Source of the DNA: Cycas panzhihuaensis | Lineage: Eukaryota; Plantae; Cycadophyta | Direction of reading: 5' to 3' | NCBI GenBank assembly: GCA_023213395.1 | Contig: CM041465.1 | Location: 213,659,741-213,723,740 of the forward strand | Length of the DNA stretch: 64,000 bases | Part shown: one piece after another, positions 11,962 through 26,755 of the stretch | How positions within the stretch are numbered: position 1 is the first letter of the stretch | How the letters are laid out: each line of letters starts with the position of its first letter | Translations under genes and position numbers: made by a program | The notes under the pieces: model-generated | What the model was told of the DNA's origin: nothing | The model's input: the letters and a program-made list of their open reading frames with translations, nothing else | Database searches by the model: none

Positions 11962-12350
11962 ACTCTAATACCATGTTAGAAATCAACAAACAACAAATTA
12001 TTTATATACATAACAAATATGAAAAGAGTAAGAATATGGGATAGATTTAATGTGGGGAACCTTGCAGTAAAAACCCACTATAGAAATATGTCATTATATT
12101 GTTATAAATCCATAAAGTACAATGAACTTTAGATCACTTTATATAGATCCATAAATGCCTTAAATATTACATTGATATTACATCTGTTGGCTCACAATAG
12201 TAACATAATATTACATCATAATATTCACACAAAATTTGCCACATTGACATTAGTCAAGATAAGTGGTATAATGCCACTTTAATAATATCTCTTTATTTAT
12301 CCCTTTCAAGAAGTTTGTAAGTCTTAAATGCTTAATTAATGACTAAATTT
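11962..12350 (-). mobile_element. PBS + 5' LTR of an old minus-strand LTR element; LTR interrupted by element B and continuing at ~23817-23856
   Basis: ACTCTAATACCA (reverse complement of a decayed tRNA-iMet PBS) directly abuts TGTTAGA at 11974. Confidence 0.55.
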
Positions 12351-14121
12351 TGTTACGATGTAACATTTTATCATCAAGTTATAATTTTTTTCTATTAGGG
12401 TTCTTAGGGGTTTGTGTCAAAACCCTCTTTAATTCTAACAACTATCTAATAAGTGTCAGATAGACACATAATGATTACACTTCTTAATGTATATTTAAAG
12501 AGATGATCTCTTCCAATAATAAAAAATACATTCAGTTCTTTCATTCTATTTAGAGAAAGTTTAACATGGTATTAGGGTAGATAAATTAGCCTATCTAACG
12601 AGAGAGTTTCTATTGAAAGAAGTCAAAATCATCTATGTTAGGTAAAAGACATCAATTATCAAAATTAAAGAAGAGGATATTAATTGCTGAAAGACCAAAA
12701 GAAAGCATACAAAACAATTGTACGAAATTGTATGATCATATAGGAAAAAAATATCAAGTGCTCATATCTTCACCAATTTAACTATCAAGTAGATCTTATC
12801 ATCCTCATCATTCTTTCCTTCTATATCAAAGAGATTATAGATCATTTTTGGGGTCATTTTACCTATTTAGAGTTACATAAATTTGAAGAAAACATAATTT
12901 TTGATCAAATTAGGCTCTAAAATTAGGTATTCTCTATTACAACATCTTCCTCTCATCATTAAGAAGTTATTGATATATTTTTTAAGAAGATTAAGTGAAA
13001 ATTTATTAATTTCTAAGCATTTTTATGAAAAATCCTAGTCACCCCTCTAGGGATTTTGAGCCTATTTTTTCCCAGACTAAGAAGTATCTCCTAAAATTTT
13101 TTATATATCCAGATTGCCTTTAGAAAACTCTACATCCTGATCCATTTTCTTGCTTGATACATACACCTATAATTTATATGAAAATTTGTATAGCTACATA
13201 GTCAATTTCTTCTCTGATTAAAACTAGTTTGGTCATTGTCTTTATAGTAGTCTCAAAATGGCCTCCTCCATCTTAGAACTTAGTAAGCAGGATAAATTAA
13301 CTAAAAATAATTATCATATATGGAAAATCAAACTTGAAATATTCGTAAGATCCAAAAATTCTTGGAATGTATAAATTATAAAAAAAAGTCAAACTAAGTG
13401 ATGCTAGTGCTACTCAAATTAGCTAGGATAAAAGGGATAATGCTGGAATGATAGTTCTAAAACTATTAGTCTACGATTCTCTTCTTCTTTACATTAAAAC
13501 AATAAATTCTTTTTCTAGAATTTATAAGGTGTTTTGTAAGCCTATATAGTCAAAAAAATAGAGCCAGAGTAGTAGCACTCAAAGAAGAATTATTCAAATT
13601 AGAAATGAATGATAATGAGAGTGTCTTAGAGTTTATTCATAAGGTGACTTCTATTTGAAATAACTTGTTGAGTGCTAGGGCAAACACATCTGATCAAGAG
13701 CTTATAGAAATGATTACAAGAAATCTTCCTAAATCTTTTAACAATTTGGTTAATTTAATAATAAATAATGATCATATTGATACAATGCCACTTGACACCT
13801 TGACATGACTACTTTTAAGACAGGAATAAAGGAATAAACATTATGAAAAGAAAGTCGAATTGGAAGATGCATTCTTATTCAAACTTAGTTTAGAATAAAG
13901 AGGGAGAGGACAAACATGAGGATGGGGTCAAACTCCTAATACAAGAAGTCAATCTAAAGGAGGACGGTAGAAGAATAGAGGATAAGAGTGTTCATTTCCT
14001 CCCAGAGATGTAAGGGTCTATTTTAACTATGGAAAACCAAGCCATTTTTCTAGCAATTGTAGAGCTTTAGATATTTTCTACTACTATAAATAATATAGAC
14101 ATTATCCCTATCAATGCTCAT

Positions 14122-17100
14122 TATTCATGTAGTAATTGTTTATTAAGCCACTAAGTTACTGTTGATGTGGTTTAACTAAGGTTATTAAGAAAGAAGGTGT
14201 GAAATATTTGGAGGGTTACAACCCTAATTAGGTAATACCTCTTATAAGAGTATAAAATCCTTAAGCCCTTGTATATTCTTTGTATCAAGATCATTGTGCA
14301 ATAATAAATATGATCTAAAAGGATCTTTTATAGTGGGTTTTTTCTTGAAAGGGTTTTCCCATGTAAATCCTGTATATTATGCATCTATATTCTATGTGTA
14401 TTTTTATTTCCTAACTATGTATGGTTAAATATTCTATAGATGGGAATATACTTGTATGATTTCATATTCCTGAATATGGTATCAGAGCCATAGGGTCCTA
14501 CACACTTGAAGCCTAATGTTGAGTAGAACAGTGAGATCATTAGTTATTAGGTGAAGCTGTTAAACCTAAGACTTGCTATGAGGGTCCATCATCTCTAGCA
14601 ACATGTAAAAGTAGGCACAATAGATCTATGGTAGTTAAAGCAGTGAAAATCACTATTCAATGAAGTATAAGGGTCTATCAAAATTAATAATTAGGCATGA
14701 AGGTCATATTTATGGTTGGAGTTGGCTCGTTGGGGGCCATATAAAGTAGGCTAATGACTTGTTGGGGCGATTCAAGTTAGGAAAGCATGTACTAATGGTG
14801 ATTCAATGATTATGAGGACAACCATCCATGTATACATGTAAGTTAGTTTATTTCTCAATAAAGTAGTTTAAATTTTCAATGAAATAAGCTTATATTACTT
14901 TTTTATCTCCTTCTTTAAACTAGTGGATGTGATTAGAGCCAAGTAGCAATGCTTTTTTATCCTTATATAAGTGTTGGAATGAGTTCACAGTAGTAGAAGG
15001 TTGTTTTATTGAAGTTTTTTATATTTGTGAGAATATTAGAGACTCGTGTGCATGAATTGAGCTTATAACTGTATTAAGGCTGGCCGAGTATTTATTAAGG
15101 TGCTTGGGTATGTTTGAGAGTTGGTAAGGCATGTTAAGAAGTAGTTAGGCTATTTTTGTACTATATTAGTACTCGTAAGAGCTAATTGGGTGTATTTATT
15201 ATATTTGGGCCACTTCCCTTAGTGTCTACTATAGTTACTACATGGCTAGATTATTTTCCTTTATGGTTAGGCTCTTGTATAAGGTGGCTAGACTAAGATC
15301 TATCTGCATACTAACTGTATAACAAGTGGAGGTTTGTGTTAGTAAATGCTAGTTCGTACATAGTGCACATGATGAATATGAGTTGTGGCAGCCACACCTC
15401 ATAGAATCACATCGTGCAACTTTGTAAATCTATTTTGTGATGTATTTTTACTAGGGTTTAGACTTAGTAAATATATTAATACAAAATCTTGAGATTTTTC
15501 CCATGTGGGTTAAGTGATTTGAGCTGCATGAGTTGTGAAAAGTCATACCTTTAAGAATATACCCCCTCAATTAAACTTTATAAAAGTGACCCTTAGACCA
15601 TTGATATATTATATCATTACATAATATGATATATTTGGAGCCTACTTGAGCCATTTTGAGTGTGAATCAAGGAGAATCTTTGTGTTTTTTAACTTGGAGA
15701 CCATGTATTGCTACCTTGGGTGAGCCATCCTAAGTTCTTGGAGCACATTTTAAAGTGATTTAAGGGTCCTTTTTGATGCTTTTAAGGTCATTTAAGGGCA
15801 TTCTTTAGTTATTTATGAGGGGAGAATAGTCAGTGACTCACTTAATGTGTGTATAATATGTGTTTGGTGCCCTCTAGAGGGTGTTCTTAAGCTAGAGGAG
15901 GGCACAGGGGTGTATTTTTATCCAGGAGGTCTATTAGACAATCGATTTAGGGTCATTTAACTCATGTTGAAGCCTGTTGCTTGAGATGGAGCACACTATG
16001 CTTAAGGTTATCTTTAATGGTAATAATTTCAATAAATGGAAGGCCAATATGGCTTATTTTGATGGTGAATTAACTCTAGGGTATTCATAAGGCTAAGGTG
16101 GATGTGATTCCATTATACCATAAAGAGCATATTTGACTCGAAGAGAAGAAATTTATGGCTATAGAATTATTGAAACTATCACTGGCACTAGACCAGAGAG
16201 CTTTGGTTCATAATCTAGACGAACCAAATAAAATTTAGATAAAATTGTATGATACCTTTAAGAAGAAGAAGACAAATAGATGTCTTACCCTGATGTTAGA
16301 GTTACTCAATTCACATGTGGAAGATAAGAATAACATCAACTCCTACTTAAACAAGATCACAGACTTAAGGAACAAGCTAGTAGAATTGAAGTAATACTCA
16401 ATCAATGATGTATTATTATTTACAATAATTATGTCAAAGTTGCCAACTGCATTCACCACTTTTTAGACCATATATAGCAGAGATGAGGTGATGGAAAGAG
16501 AAAGTTTTGATGGGTATAAACACCTAATTCTAACAGAGGATGCCAAGATGAAACATCATGGTATGCTTGGAGGTTCTAAATCAAGTTAGGCCTTAGCCAT
16601 GAAGACTTAGAGGAAGGAGGTTGTTAAGGAGGAGAAGATAACATAGAGGTCAAGAGAAAGTTCATAAGAGAAGAAGAAGTTTAATGAAAAATATAATGAC
16701 TACAAGAAGGATGGTCACTTAGAGAAGAATTATTGGTTCAAGAGACATGACAAGTGCAAAGTGAGCTAGGATAATAAAAGTAAAAACCTTATCAGCTGAG
16801 TCAGATGAGAGAGATTTTGGGTGCTTAACTCTAAAGTGCAGAATCATATCTCTTATCAGAAGTAGAATTATGTCTCTTATCAGAAACACAACTTTAATAT
16901 AGTGAATGGAAATCATAGTGGTATGAAAATTATCCTTGGAGATGCTCGTATTTTGTTAGTGGAAGGTATCGATGAAGTATCCATTATAGGTGGTAAGTTT
17001 ACTAGGGTATATTATGTACCCAAGATGTAGTTGAACCTTCTTTTAACCCAAGAAATCTATAAACAAGGTATGAAGGTAGAGCTTTACAATGATAGATGCC

Positions 17101-20100
17101 TGATAAGGATTTAAAATAAAACTTCTCTGTCATTACTACTAGAAAAGTTAGGGACAACTTCTAGGTGTTTGAGAAATTTTAATCTTAGAAGAAGTTTTAT
17201 GCCCTAGTTGCTAGCGCTGATGACATGAGTAAACTTTGGAATAATCACCTTAAACACCTTAACTATAGAAGCATTGCACTACTAAAGAGGTTGAAGATGG
17301 TAGAAGGATTGCCATCAATTTCTTACTCAGATGGTGTTTATAAATGGTGTATATATGGTAAGCATCATCGCTACCTATTTACTTAGGAGAATGTATAGAG
17401 AGCTAAGGAGAAGTTGGAGCTTGTATATTTAGATATAATGGGCCCACTCCCTAACCCTTCAATATCAAGAGCTCACTATATCCTTATGTTTGTAGATGGT
17501 TACACCAGGAAGGCTTGGGTTTACTTTCTCAAAAATAACTCAGATGTGTTTGATCACTTCTGTGATTGGAAAGTGATGGTGGAAAATGAATGTGATAAGA
17601 AAATTAAGTTATTAAGAAGTGATAATGGCAAGGAATATGACAACTATATATTTAATTAGTTATGCCATGATCATAGTATAAAGTAGAAATTTATAGTCCT
17701 GTATATCCCATAACAAAATAGAGTTGTTGAATGAAATAACTATACCATGATGGAGATGGTGAGGTATATGGTACATGTTAAAAACCTACCACTGATGTTT
17801 TAGGCAGAGGGTGTGGTGACTATTGTGTATATTTTGAACCAGGTACCCACTCAAGCAGTTCCCAACATGACCCCTAAAGAAAAATGGACCAGTTAGAAGC
17901 CTATCATTAGCCATTTGAGAACTTTTGGGTGTATTAGATATGCCCACATGCTAGATGATGCTCACAAGAAGTTAGATCAAAAGAGTTTGAAGTGTATATT
18001 TATGGGGTATTATGATCAGGATAAAATTTATAGACTATGGGATCCATAGAGAAAGAAAATTATGGTTAGTTGGGATGTAAAATTTGATGAGTCATTGACA
18101 CATCATGCTAATATATCATTAGAAGAGCCTTTTAACCCCTCCCACTCCCATTCCCAAATTTATCAGATGAAGAGGATGATGACCTAGCCACTAGAATTCA
18201 TAAGAAAGTAGGACTAAGTTAGATGAGTAATAGTAAGGAGCCACTGAGAGAAGAAGTACCTCTAGCAATAGGTCCTTCTATACCTTTATGGGTAAGGAAG
18301 ACTATAAAAAATTCTAGTGTGATGATGCATACCCTTATTGATGAGAGAAGAATAAGGAGTCAACATGTTAGTCAAACTCTTCTGGTAGACACCAATAACT
18401 CTAGTGATCTTAATTTATTTGATGAGGTAAAAGGAGATCCATGTTAGAGAGCTGTAATGGAGAAAGAGTATGGTTCATTAATGAAGAATGATATGTGAGA
18501 TTTGGTTCTACTCCCTCCAATGAAGAAACTTGTTAGATATAAGTGGGTCTATAATACAAAATTCTGCTCTAATGGAGAGGTGGATAAGTACAAGGCTAGA
18601 TTTATCCCTCAAAGATTCAAGTAAAAAGAAGGAATTGACTATGAGGAGATGTTTGCACCAATCTCTAAAATTATAATGATTTGATTGATCATTTCCTTAG
18701 CAACTACTTATAGTTGGGAGTTACACTAGATGGACATCAAGTCCACATTCCTTAATGGAGATCTAAAGAAGAAGATTTATATGTTGTAACCTCTGGGATT
18801 TGTTAAAGAAGGCTAAGAGCATCTTGTATATTAGTTAAAGAAGTCAATCTATGGCCTAAAACAAGCACCTTATGCTTGGTATAAGAAGATGGATTCCAAG
18901 TTAGAAATTAAAGGTTTCAAAATTTTAAAACTTGACCTGAATTTATATGTGAAAAGGAAGGGGACTTTAATAGTTTCTTGTGTGCTATATGTTGATGATT
19001 TAATTATTAGCAATAACTATGGTAAGACTATTACTGAAGTCAGATCTAATCTAGGAGCTTTTTTTGATATGATAAACCTCAAGAGACTTTAGTATTTCTT
19101 GGGTATTCAGATTAGGCAAATGGACGAGAGGATCATGTTATTGTAGTTACAATATATGAATAACCTACTGGAGAAGTTTAGGATCCATAATTATAAACCT
19201 ATTATAACACCATACATAAATGGTACATGGTTACAGAAGGATATAACCAAACCCTTTGTAGATAGAATAAAATACCGCTAGTTGGTTGGGAGTCTAATCT
19301 ACTTGACTCATACTAGACTAGATATCATATATATTATTGGATTAGTTTCTTGCTATATGTAAAATCTTCAGGATCCTAAGATTCTAAAGTACCTAAAGGG
19401 GATAATCAATCTTAGTCTCAAATACTATCAAGGTAAGGAGACATGGTTGCATGGCTACACTAATACTAATTAAGGAGAAGACTCTAATAATTAGAAGTCC
19501 ACTACTAGATACATATTTGGTGTTGGCAATAGATTTATTTTATGGCAGTCGAAGAAGCAACATATAGTGGCACTATCTTTTATAAAGGTTGAATATCAAG
19601 GACTCAATGTTGGTGCAAAGGAAGCTATATGGTTGGAAGGTCTCTTGGAGTTTCCAATAGACATCTAGTTATCTTTGTTGATAATTAAAGTACCATTCAT
19701 TTGTCAAAGAATCTAGAGTTTCATATAGGTATGAAGCATATCAAGATTCAACACCACTACATTTGTGAATAGATCAGGTTAGGAAAGCTATAGGTCAACT
19801 ACTATATGAGTGAATTTTAGATTATAGACATATTTACCAAACCACTCATTGAAGATAAATTCATGAAGATACGTACCAGATTAGGAGTCACTAATGTTAT
19901 CCTTGAGGGGGGATGTATCAATAAGGATAAAGAAGCTACATAATAGTCTTAGCCTTTATGATAACATAACTGATGCAGTATGCAGGCTCCCCACATTCAT
20001 ATTATGGGGGGATGTTAACACGGTAGTTATTTGTTAAGCCACTAAGTTAATATTAATGTGGTTTAACTAAGGTGATTAAGTGAAAAGGTGTGATATATTT

Positions 20101-20366
20101 GGAGGGTTACAACCCGAATTGGGTATCACCTCTTGGAAGAGTATAAAATCATTGACCCTTGTGTATTCTTTGTATTAAGATCATTGTGCAATAATAAATG
20201 TAATTAAGAAGGATCTTTTGTGGTTGGTTTTTTCTTGAAAGGGTTCTCCCATATAAATCCTGTGTACTGTGTATCTATATTTTGTGTGTATTTTTGTTTG
20301 CTTGTTATGTATGGTTAAAGACTCTATGGATGGGAACATACCTCTATAGTTTCATATTCCTAAATA
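14122..20366 (+). mobile_element. Element C: full-length degenerate Ty1/Copia nested in gag of element B
   Basis: LTRs 14122-14476 and 20013-20366 (~355 bp); TSD CTCAT/CTCAC. Perfect PBS TGGTATCAGAGCC at 14477; PPT GGGGGGA before 20013; ~1.5-kb leader. Confidence 0.92.
15986..19915 (+). pseudogene. Copia gag-pol of element C
   Basis: FNGNNFNKWK gag start; integrase ELVYLDIMGP...FVDGYTRKAWVYFLK...LRSDNGKEY (ORF 17414-17659); RT VLYVDDLII (ORF 18889-19092); RNase H at the end; many stops. Confidence 0.9.
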
Positions 20367-23300
20367 CTCACAAATAAGGGCAAAGATTCATAGAGGGAAG
20401 TGACCTACATGCAACTACAACAAAGAGAAAATAAGGGCAGATGATAACAAATAGGAAATTGCATTTGTAGTAGCACTAACTACAAGCCTCAAAGATAGAG
20501 AAGTGTGGTACATTGACTCTAGGGCCTTCAAAGATAGGACTAGAAGAGAAGACTAGTTTAAAACACTCAAACCTTACTCCTCTAATAAATCTATTGAGCT
20601 AGGAGACAAAAACCCCCTTGAAATTAAAGGGGTTGGAAGCATAACTGTTAAGCTAAAGGGCATCATTAAAAAAATTGGTAATGTATTATATATGCCAAGT
20701 TTAAAAAGAATCTTTTATTTGTATTTCAACTTCAAAAGAAAAATTTAGTGATTGTCTTTGATAAAAAAGGTTTTTTAGCATATTCTGGATATGAAAAAAG
20801 AAGGCATTAAAATTACAAAGTGGGTAGAAAGTAATGGTTTATACAGATTTCTCTCTAACCTTATTGTTAGAAATAGAGACGTAAAAGTATATACTACTAC
20901 AAATGTTGATAACCATAAACTTTGGCATTTAAAGTATGGATATGTCTCATCAAATAGATTATAACTATTGTATAATTTTAGAATGGTTACTAGACTTCCC
21001 AACATTAAATTCCATACTCTTGTTTGTAAAAGTTATCTTCTTGGTAAATAACATTATTTACCTTTTCAAAAGGCTAAATGTAGAGCTAAATATAAGTTGG
21101 GATTAATTCATACTAAATTGTATGGGCCTATCATACCATATTCAATAAATAGAGCTAGATATTTCCATACTTTTACTTATGTTTTCTCTAGAAAAAAAAA
21201 TATTTATTTTATTTACAACAAATTTGAAGTGTTTAAGAAATTTAAGGAGTTCAAAGCAAAAGTCAAAGTTGAAAGTAAAAAAATAATAAAATGCATCAGA
21301 TCTGATACAGGTAGAGAATACATATCAAATGAATTTCTAGACTTTTATAAACATCATGGAATTCAATGATAATTCACTACTCCTTACATACCGAAATCAA
21401 ATGGAGTAGCTAAATGCAAGAATAAAACAATCATGGAAATGGCTCAAAGTATGATTCAAGAAAGATAACTTTTAAAAACTTACCAGGTAAAGGTAGTAAA
21501 TATGACTATCCATCTCATAAATCGAAGTCCAACCCAGGCTCTAGATTAAATAACTCTAGAAGAAGCCTAGACAGGTCATAAACCAAATGTAAGTAATTTT
21601 AAAAACTTTTTCTATTAAGACTTTGTTCATATTCAAATAAGAAAAGATCTAAACTTGATTGCAAAAGTAGAGAATGTATAATGATAGGCTATAACAAAAA
21701 TTTAAAAGCCTATAAATGTATAGATCTACATACAAACAAGACCTATATAAGTAGAGATATGGTTTTTAATAAAACTAACATAACAAAAGATTCTTCTTCA
21801 CATTAAAAAATTTAAGGAATACTGAAGTTAGTTCTCTTAGAAGAATTTTATCTAAAGAAATTTCAAGACTTACCTTAAAGGATACATAAACTACAAAACC
21901 AAAAAGGACACCTTCACTTCCAGTCAACTCTAGAGATGAGGAAGATGGCGAGAAAGAAATAACATCTAAGAAGATACCAAAGTGGTATCTCAAAGTGGTT
22001 GAGGAAGGAAAGGAAGACATGTTTACTCATAGAATAAGAAGTTAAAGACATTAGGCCCTATTCAGTCATGTTGATCTATAGTCTTATGAAGAAGTAAAAT
22101 AAGATAAAGAATGGAAAAATATTATGGATATAAAAATGGAATCAATTTCTAAAAACTAGACCCAGGAATTAGTTGAACTACCTCCAGGTAAACCTATTGT
22201 GAATTACAAATGGGTGTACAAAATAAAAGAAAATTCTAAAGGTGAAGTGGAAAAATATAAAGCCAGATTAATAGCTAAAGGATACACCTAGACAATAGGA
22301 ATAGATTATGAAGAAACTTTCTCACATGTAGCCAAATTAAATACAGTGAGAATAGTAATAGCCTTAATTACTTAATCTAACTGGAAAATCTACTAGTTAG
22401 ATGTAAAAAGTGCCTTCTTTAATGGAGAACTCAAGGAAGAAGTTTATATAAGCCAACTAGAAGGCTATATACAAGAAGGTAAAGAAAACATAGTGTGCAA
22501 GTTTAAAAAGGCCTTATATGGACTAAAACAAGCTCCAAGGGCACGGTATACCAAGTTAGATAAATATCTCAGTTAAAATATTTTTTACAAGTGTAGTTTA
22601 GACCCTAATTTATACATAAAGAAGAGTGAAGTATTATTCACAATAATTATGGTCTATGCCAATGACATGATTCTCATAAGAAATGACTAAGGATCTACAA
22701 CAAACATAAAAGTAAAACTAGAAAAAGAATTTAAAATGATAGATTTGGGAATTCTAAACTATTATCTTGGTAGAGAAGTCAATAAAAAAGGAAATTTAAT
22801 CAAGTTGTCTCAGACTAAATATATCAAAAATCTATTGATAAATTTCAAAATAGGAGAATGCAACAACTATGCAACTTCTATAGAAATTGGTTATGATCTG
22901 ACTCAATTAAATAAAGAAGCTTTAGTTGATGCAACCTTGTATAGATAATTGATTAGAAATTTGATATATCCCATTGTAACTAGACTTAATATATCATACT
23001 CTATTGGTATAGTTTCTAGATATATACAAGACACAAAACTAGCTCATTGGAAAGCTACAAAAAGAGTACTTAAATATCTAAAAGGAATAACTGATCTAAA
23101 ACCCACCTTTCTAAAAGAAAAATCTGGATATTTAATCATATTTTGTGACTTAGATTGGGCTAGATATAAAGAAAAGAGGAAATCAACAAGTGGATATTAC
23201 TTCCTATTCAACTTTATAATAATCTTATGGAGTAATATATGACAATCAATAGTTGCATTATTGTCCATAGAATTAGAATATAAATCAATAGTGAATGCTT

Positions 23301-26300
23301 CTTATGAAGTAGTCTAGCTAAGACAACTTTTAAATGATTTGGTTTAATAATAGGAAAAGTCCACAACACTCTTTTATGATAATCAAAGTGCAACTAAGTT
23401 GACAAAAAATTTAGTATTATATGATTGAATAAAGCACATTGAAGTATATCATCACTTCATAAGAGAAAGGGTGCAGAGTAAGGAGATTGATTTGATATAT
23501 TATCCAACAAATGAATAAGTTATAAATATTATGATAAAACCTCTTATCAAGGAGAATTTTTAGTTTCTTAGAGATAAATTAGGACTGCTAAAACATTAAG
23601 AGAGGGTGTTAAGATGTAATGTTTTATCATCAAGTTATAATATTATTCTATTATGACTTTGAGGGGTATATATCAAAACCCTCTTTAATTTTGGAAAGTG
23701 TCAGACATACACATAATGATTACACTTCCTGATGTATATTTAAAGAGATGATATCTTCCAATAATGAATAATACATTCAGTTCTTTCATTCTATTTGGAG
23801 AACATTTAACAAATTTCTCCTGTAATAGGCCATCCTTAATGCCCATTTTATCAATACTTAAAATGCTTGATTTTATCCTTTTAAATTAGTCGATTATCAA
23901 CTAGATGATTACACTTGGATATCAATTTATATTTACTTGCAATTATCTCTTAAACATATAACTTTGGTATATTTTTAAGATATATTTATATATTTTTATC
24001 ATATTAATTACTTTGTTATTCATGTAACTACAAGAAACCATTTTTAAGCTGTCAACTCTTCTCATTTAATTCCCATTAGGGCATTTTAATTATTTTTCGC
24101 GTATACTTCCTCTTTAAGAATTTTGATAGCTTTTAATGTTTTGGAACTTCACAATTGGTCATTCTTACATGCTTAATCATATTCATTTTGTTGTCTATCT
24201 ATACTTATTGACCAACATCTATTTATTAAATATTCAAATGTTTGATTTCCTACATTCAAATTAGTGAATTGATGCCCACCAATATTTGTTAATCAATGTT
24301 ATTCAGTTGCATTCTTGGTTTATCCTTCCATGATCTCTTCATCATTGAATTCATCCAAATGTATATGGAATAAACTTGTGATGAGATACCCTACTATACA
24401 TTGATGAAATAACATTATACATTATATTTAAAGTCAAAAATCTCATCCACTTATATAGAAAAACATAATGCATTTATATATACATTTATATTGCCTTTTT
24501 AAAAATGTGTTAATATAAGCAAATATTTATAAACATACAAGTGGTAAGCTTAATACTTATGGTTTTTCTTTTTCCTTTTTTATTTTAAAGAAAGGGATTT
24601 AAATCCTTAAAATAACTTTGTTAATAAAATATTTTTGATGAGTGAGTGAGTGTAGTTAGTTAATAGGTTGTAGGATAAGTATTTAAAATCATAGGTCAAA
24701 TGCTCAAAACTTATAAGACCTGTTATACCCAATTTTGGCCCTTGTACAAAATGGCATATAAGTAAATAAAATAAGAGGTATTTATATGTTTGAATATCAT
24801 GAAAGGGACAATTATTAAATGGTGATAAAGAGCTATAAAATAATATTCATACCTCATTGAATCTTTTATGATTGTTATATCAATAAAAGGGTATCTAGTA
24901 AGGCATTATAGAATTATCTTAGTCCAAAAGGTGTGATTCATGATGCATTAAGTTTTTAAAATTTTACTTAGCTACATACATGGTTCACTATATAAAGCGA
25001 GTTGTTATAGAACAAAATAAGTAACATAAGAGAGTCATGTAAGGATCTTTGATATGGGAAGAGTTCATGTGGGAAGTTATAATATGAGAGAGTAAAGAAG
25101 AAAATACATTCTTATGAGTAATCATCTCATAAGGTGGCCTTATTTGGAGTTACTTTCTAAGAAGAATAGTATCCATGTGGGATGGAAGAATGTAGGAATA
25201 CTATAAGGGCCTACCACATAATAGAAGAAAATGAAGACTAATGTAAGATGCCTTCATGCTAGAGAAGAAAAGTCACACAATATTCCCATGAAGTGAGATT
25301 TTACATACATGCTTGAGTTGATAAATGTAACTCCAAAGAATAGGTTTTCATATGGGAAAGTCTCATATGGTACACCATTGACATAGGAAGTGTTAGAAAT
25401 GTAATCACACATAGGATAGCATAACAAGTATCAACAAAATAACATTAGAGTAATGCCATAATGGAGCTTAATATATCAAAATCAAAATAACAATCTTAAT
25501 ATTCAATAAATCACTTATCAATCATATATCACACCATGTAGGTATACTTATAGTCATATTGTAGGCATATGTGTCTCACTTACAATCAATTATATTTGGT
25601 TTTTATGCTGGCTAATCATACATGACCTATTACTTAACGAATTACATTGAATGCATATTATCTTCCAATACTTTCCCATAATATATATTTAGATATATAC
25701 CTAAATTCTATCTAAGTTAGAGATTCTTATCCTTTGATGATGCCTTGGTGAGAAATATCCTACTTGGTCTTTTATTTTGTAGTATTAAAGTTGAACTTGT
25801 TGATTCTCAAATTCCTTGTATATATCTTTCTTAAACTTTTGGGACAAATAATCATAATTCCCAATATATACTAGGTCATCTATATATAAGCCCATAATTA
25901 ATATTAAGCATCCTTCTAATTATATATATAAATTTGGGTATGATTGTCTTCTTTAGAATCTTTTATCCTTGAAATATTTATTAATCTTAGTGTACCATAC
26001 TCTAGGTTCTTGCTTGAGTCTATATAAGACCTTTTTAAGTTTATAGACCTTATCTTCTTTTCCCCTTACTTCAAAACCATTAGGTTGTTGGACATAGAGC
26101 TCCTCATTTATATAGTTATTCAAGAAGGTACTTTTTATATCCATTTGAATGACTCTCTAATCTTGTTGTGTAGTTAAGGCTATGATTAATTTGACTATTT
26201 CCAATATTTCATTAGGCGTAAATATCTCATTATAATCTATGCCCTTAATTTGAGAATAACCCTTTGCAACTAACCTTGTTTTGTATTTATTAATAGACCT

Positions 26301-26755
26301 ATTTAATTTATATTTAGTCTCATAGACCTATTTTATTCTAATAGCATTCTTTCTAGGTGGAAAATCTACTAACTCCCATGTGCCATTTTTCATTAAGGTA
26401 TTATACTCTCCTTTCATCACATTCTTCCGTTCATCTTGATTGCTTGCCTTTTTAAAGTGTTAAGGCTTATTTGACTTGATAACTTAAGTCATAAGTACAA
26501 AGTTTACATTTTGAGATCTTGTTGTTCTTCTCTTAAATATAGTATCTAAGATTATTTGAAGGTTATAAGCTCTTTATATCCATTTTGAGATTCTTTGATT
26601 TAAAATAGATGGTCCTATTTCATTTGAACTAGGTATATTTGTACCTCTTGAGTTAAAGTCTACTTCAACTATAATATTTTTGCCTTTATCTTTTTTAATA
26701 ACTTTCTCTTGACAGAATTCATCTTCTTTGAAGATGATATTCCTACTCATAATAA

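Larger units (their letters stand above)
13258..23600 (+). pseudogene. Copia gag-pol of element B (13258-14121 + 20372-23600), many stops
   Basis: NYHIWKIK gag start, zinc knuckles, protease WYIDSRAFK (~20505), integrase [32 protein letters not shown] and [10 protein letters not shown], RNase H CDLDWA...RKSTSGY. Confidence 0.88.
12351..23811 (+). mobile_element. Element B: full-length degenerate Ty1/Copia, host of nested element C
   Basis: LTRs 12351-12566 and 23607-23811; TSD AATTT at 12346-12350 and 23812-23816. PBS TGGTATTAGGGT at 12567; PPT AAGAGAGGG. Domain order gag-PR-IN-RT-RH. Confidence 0.93.

Noticed and set aside
24721-25690. Possible LTR beginning TGTTATACCC with recurring CATGTGGGA-like motifs
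   Set aside because: No partner LTR, PBS or TSD could be established.
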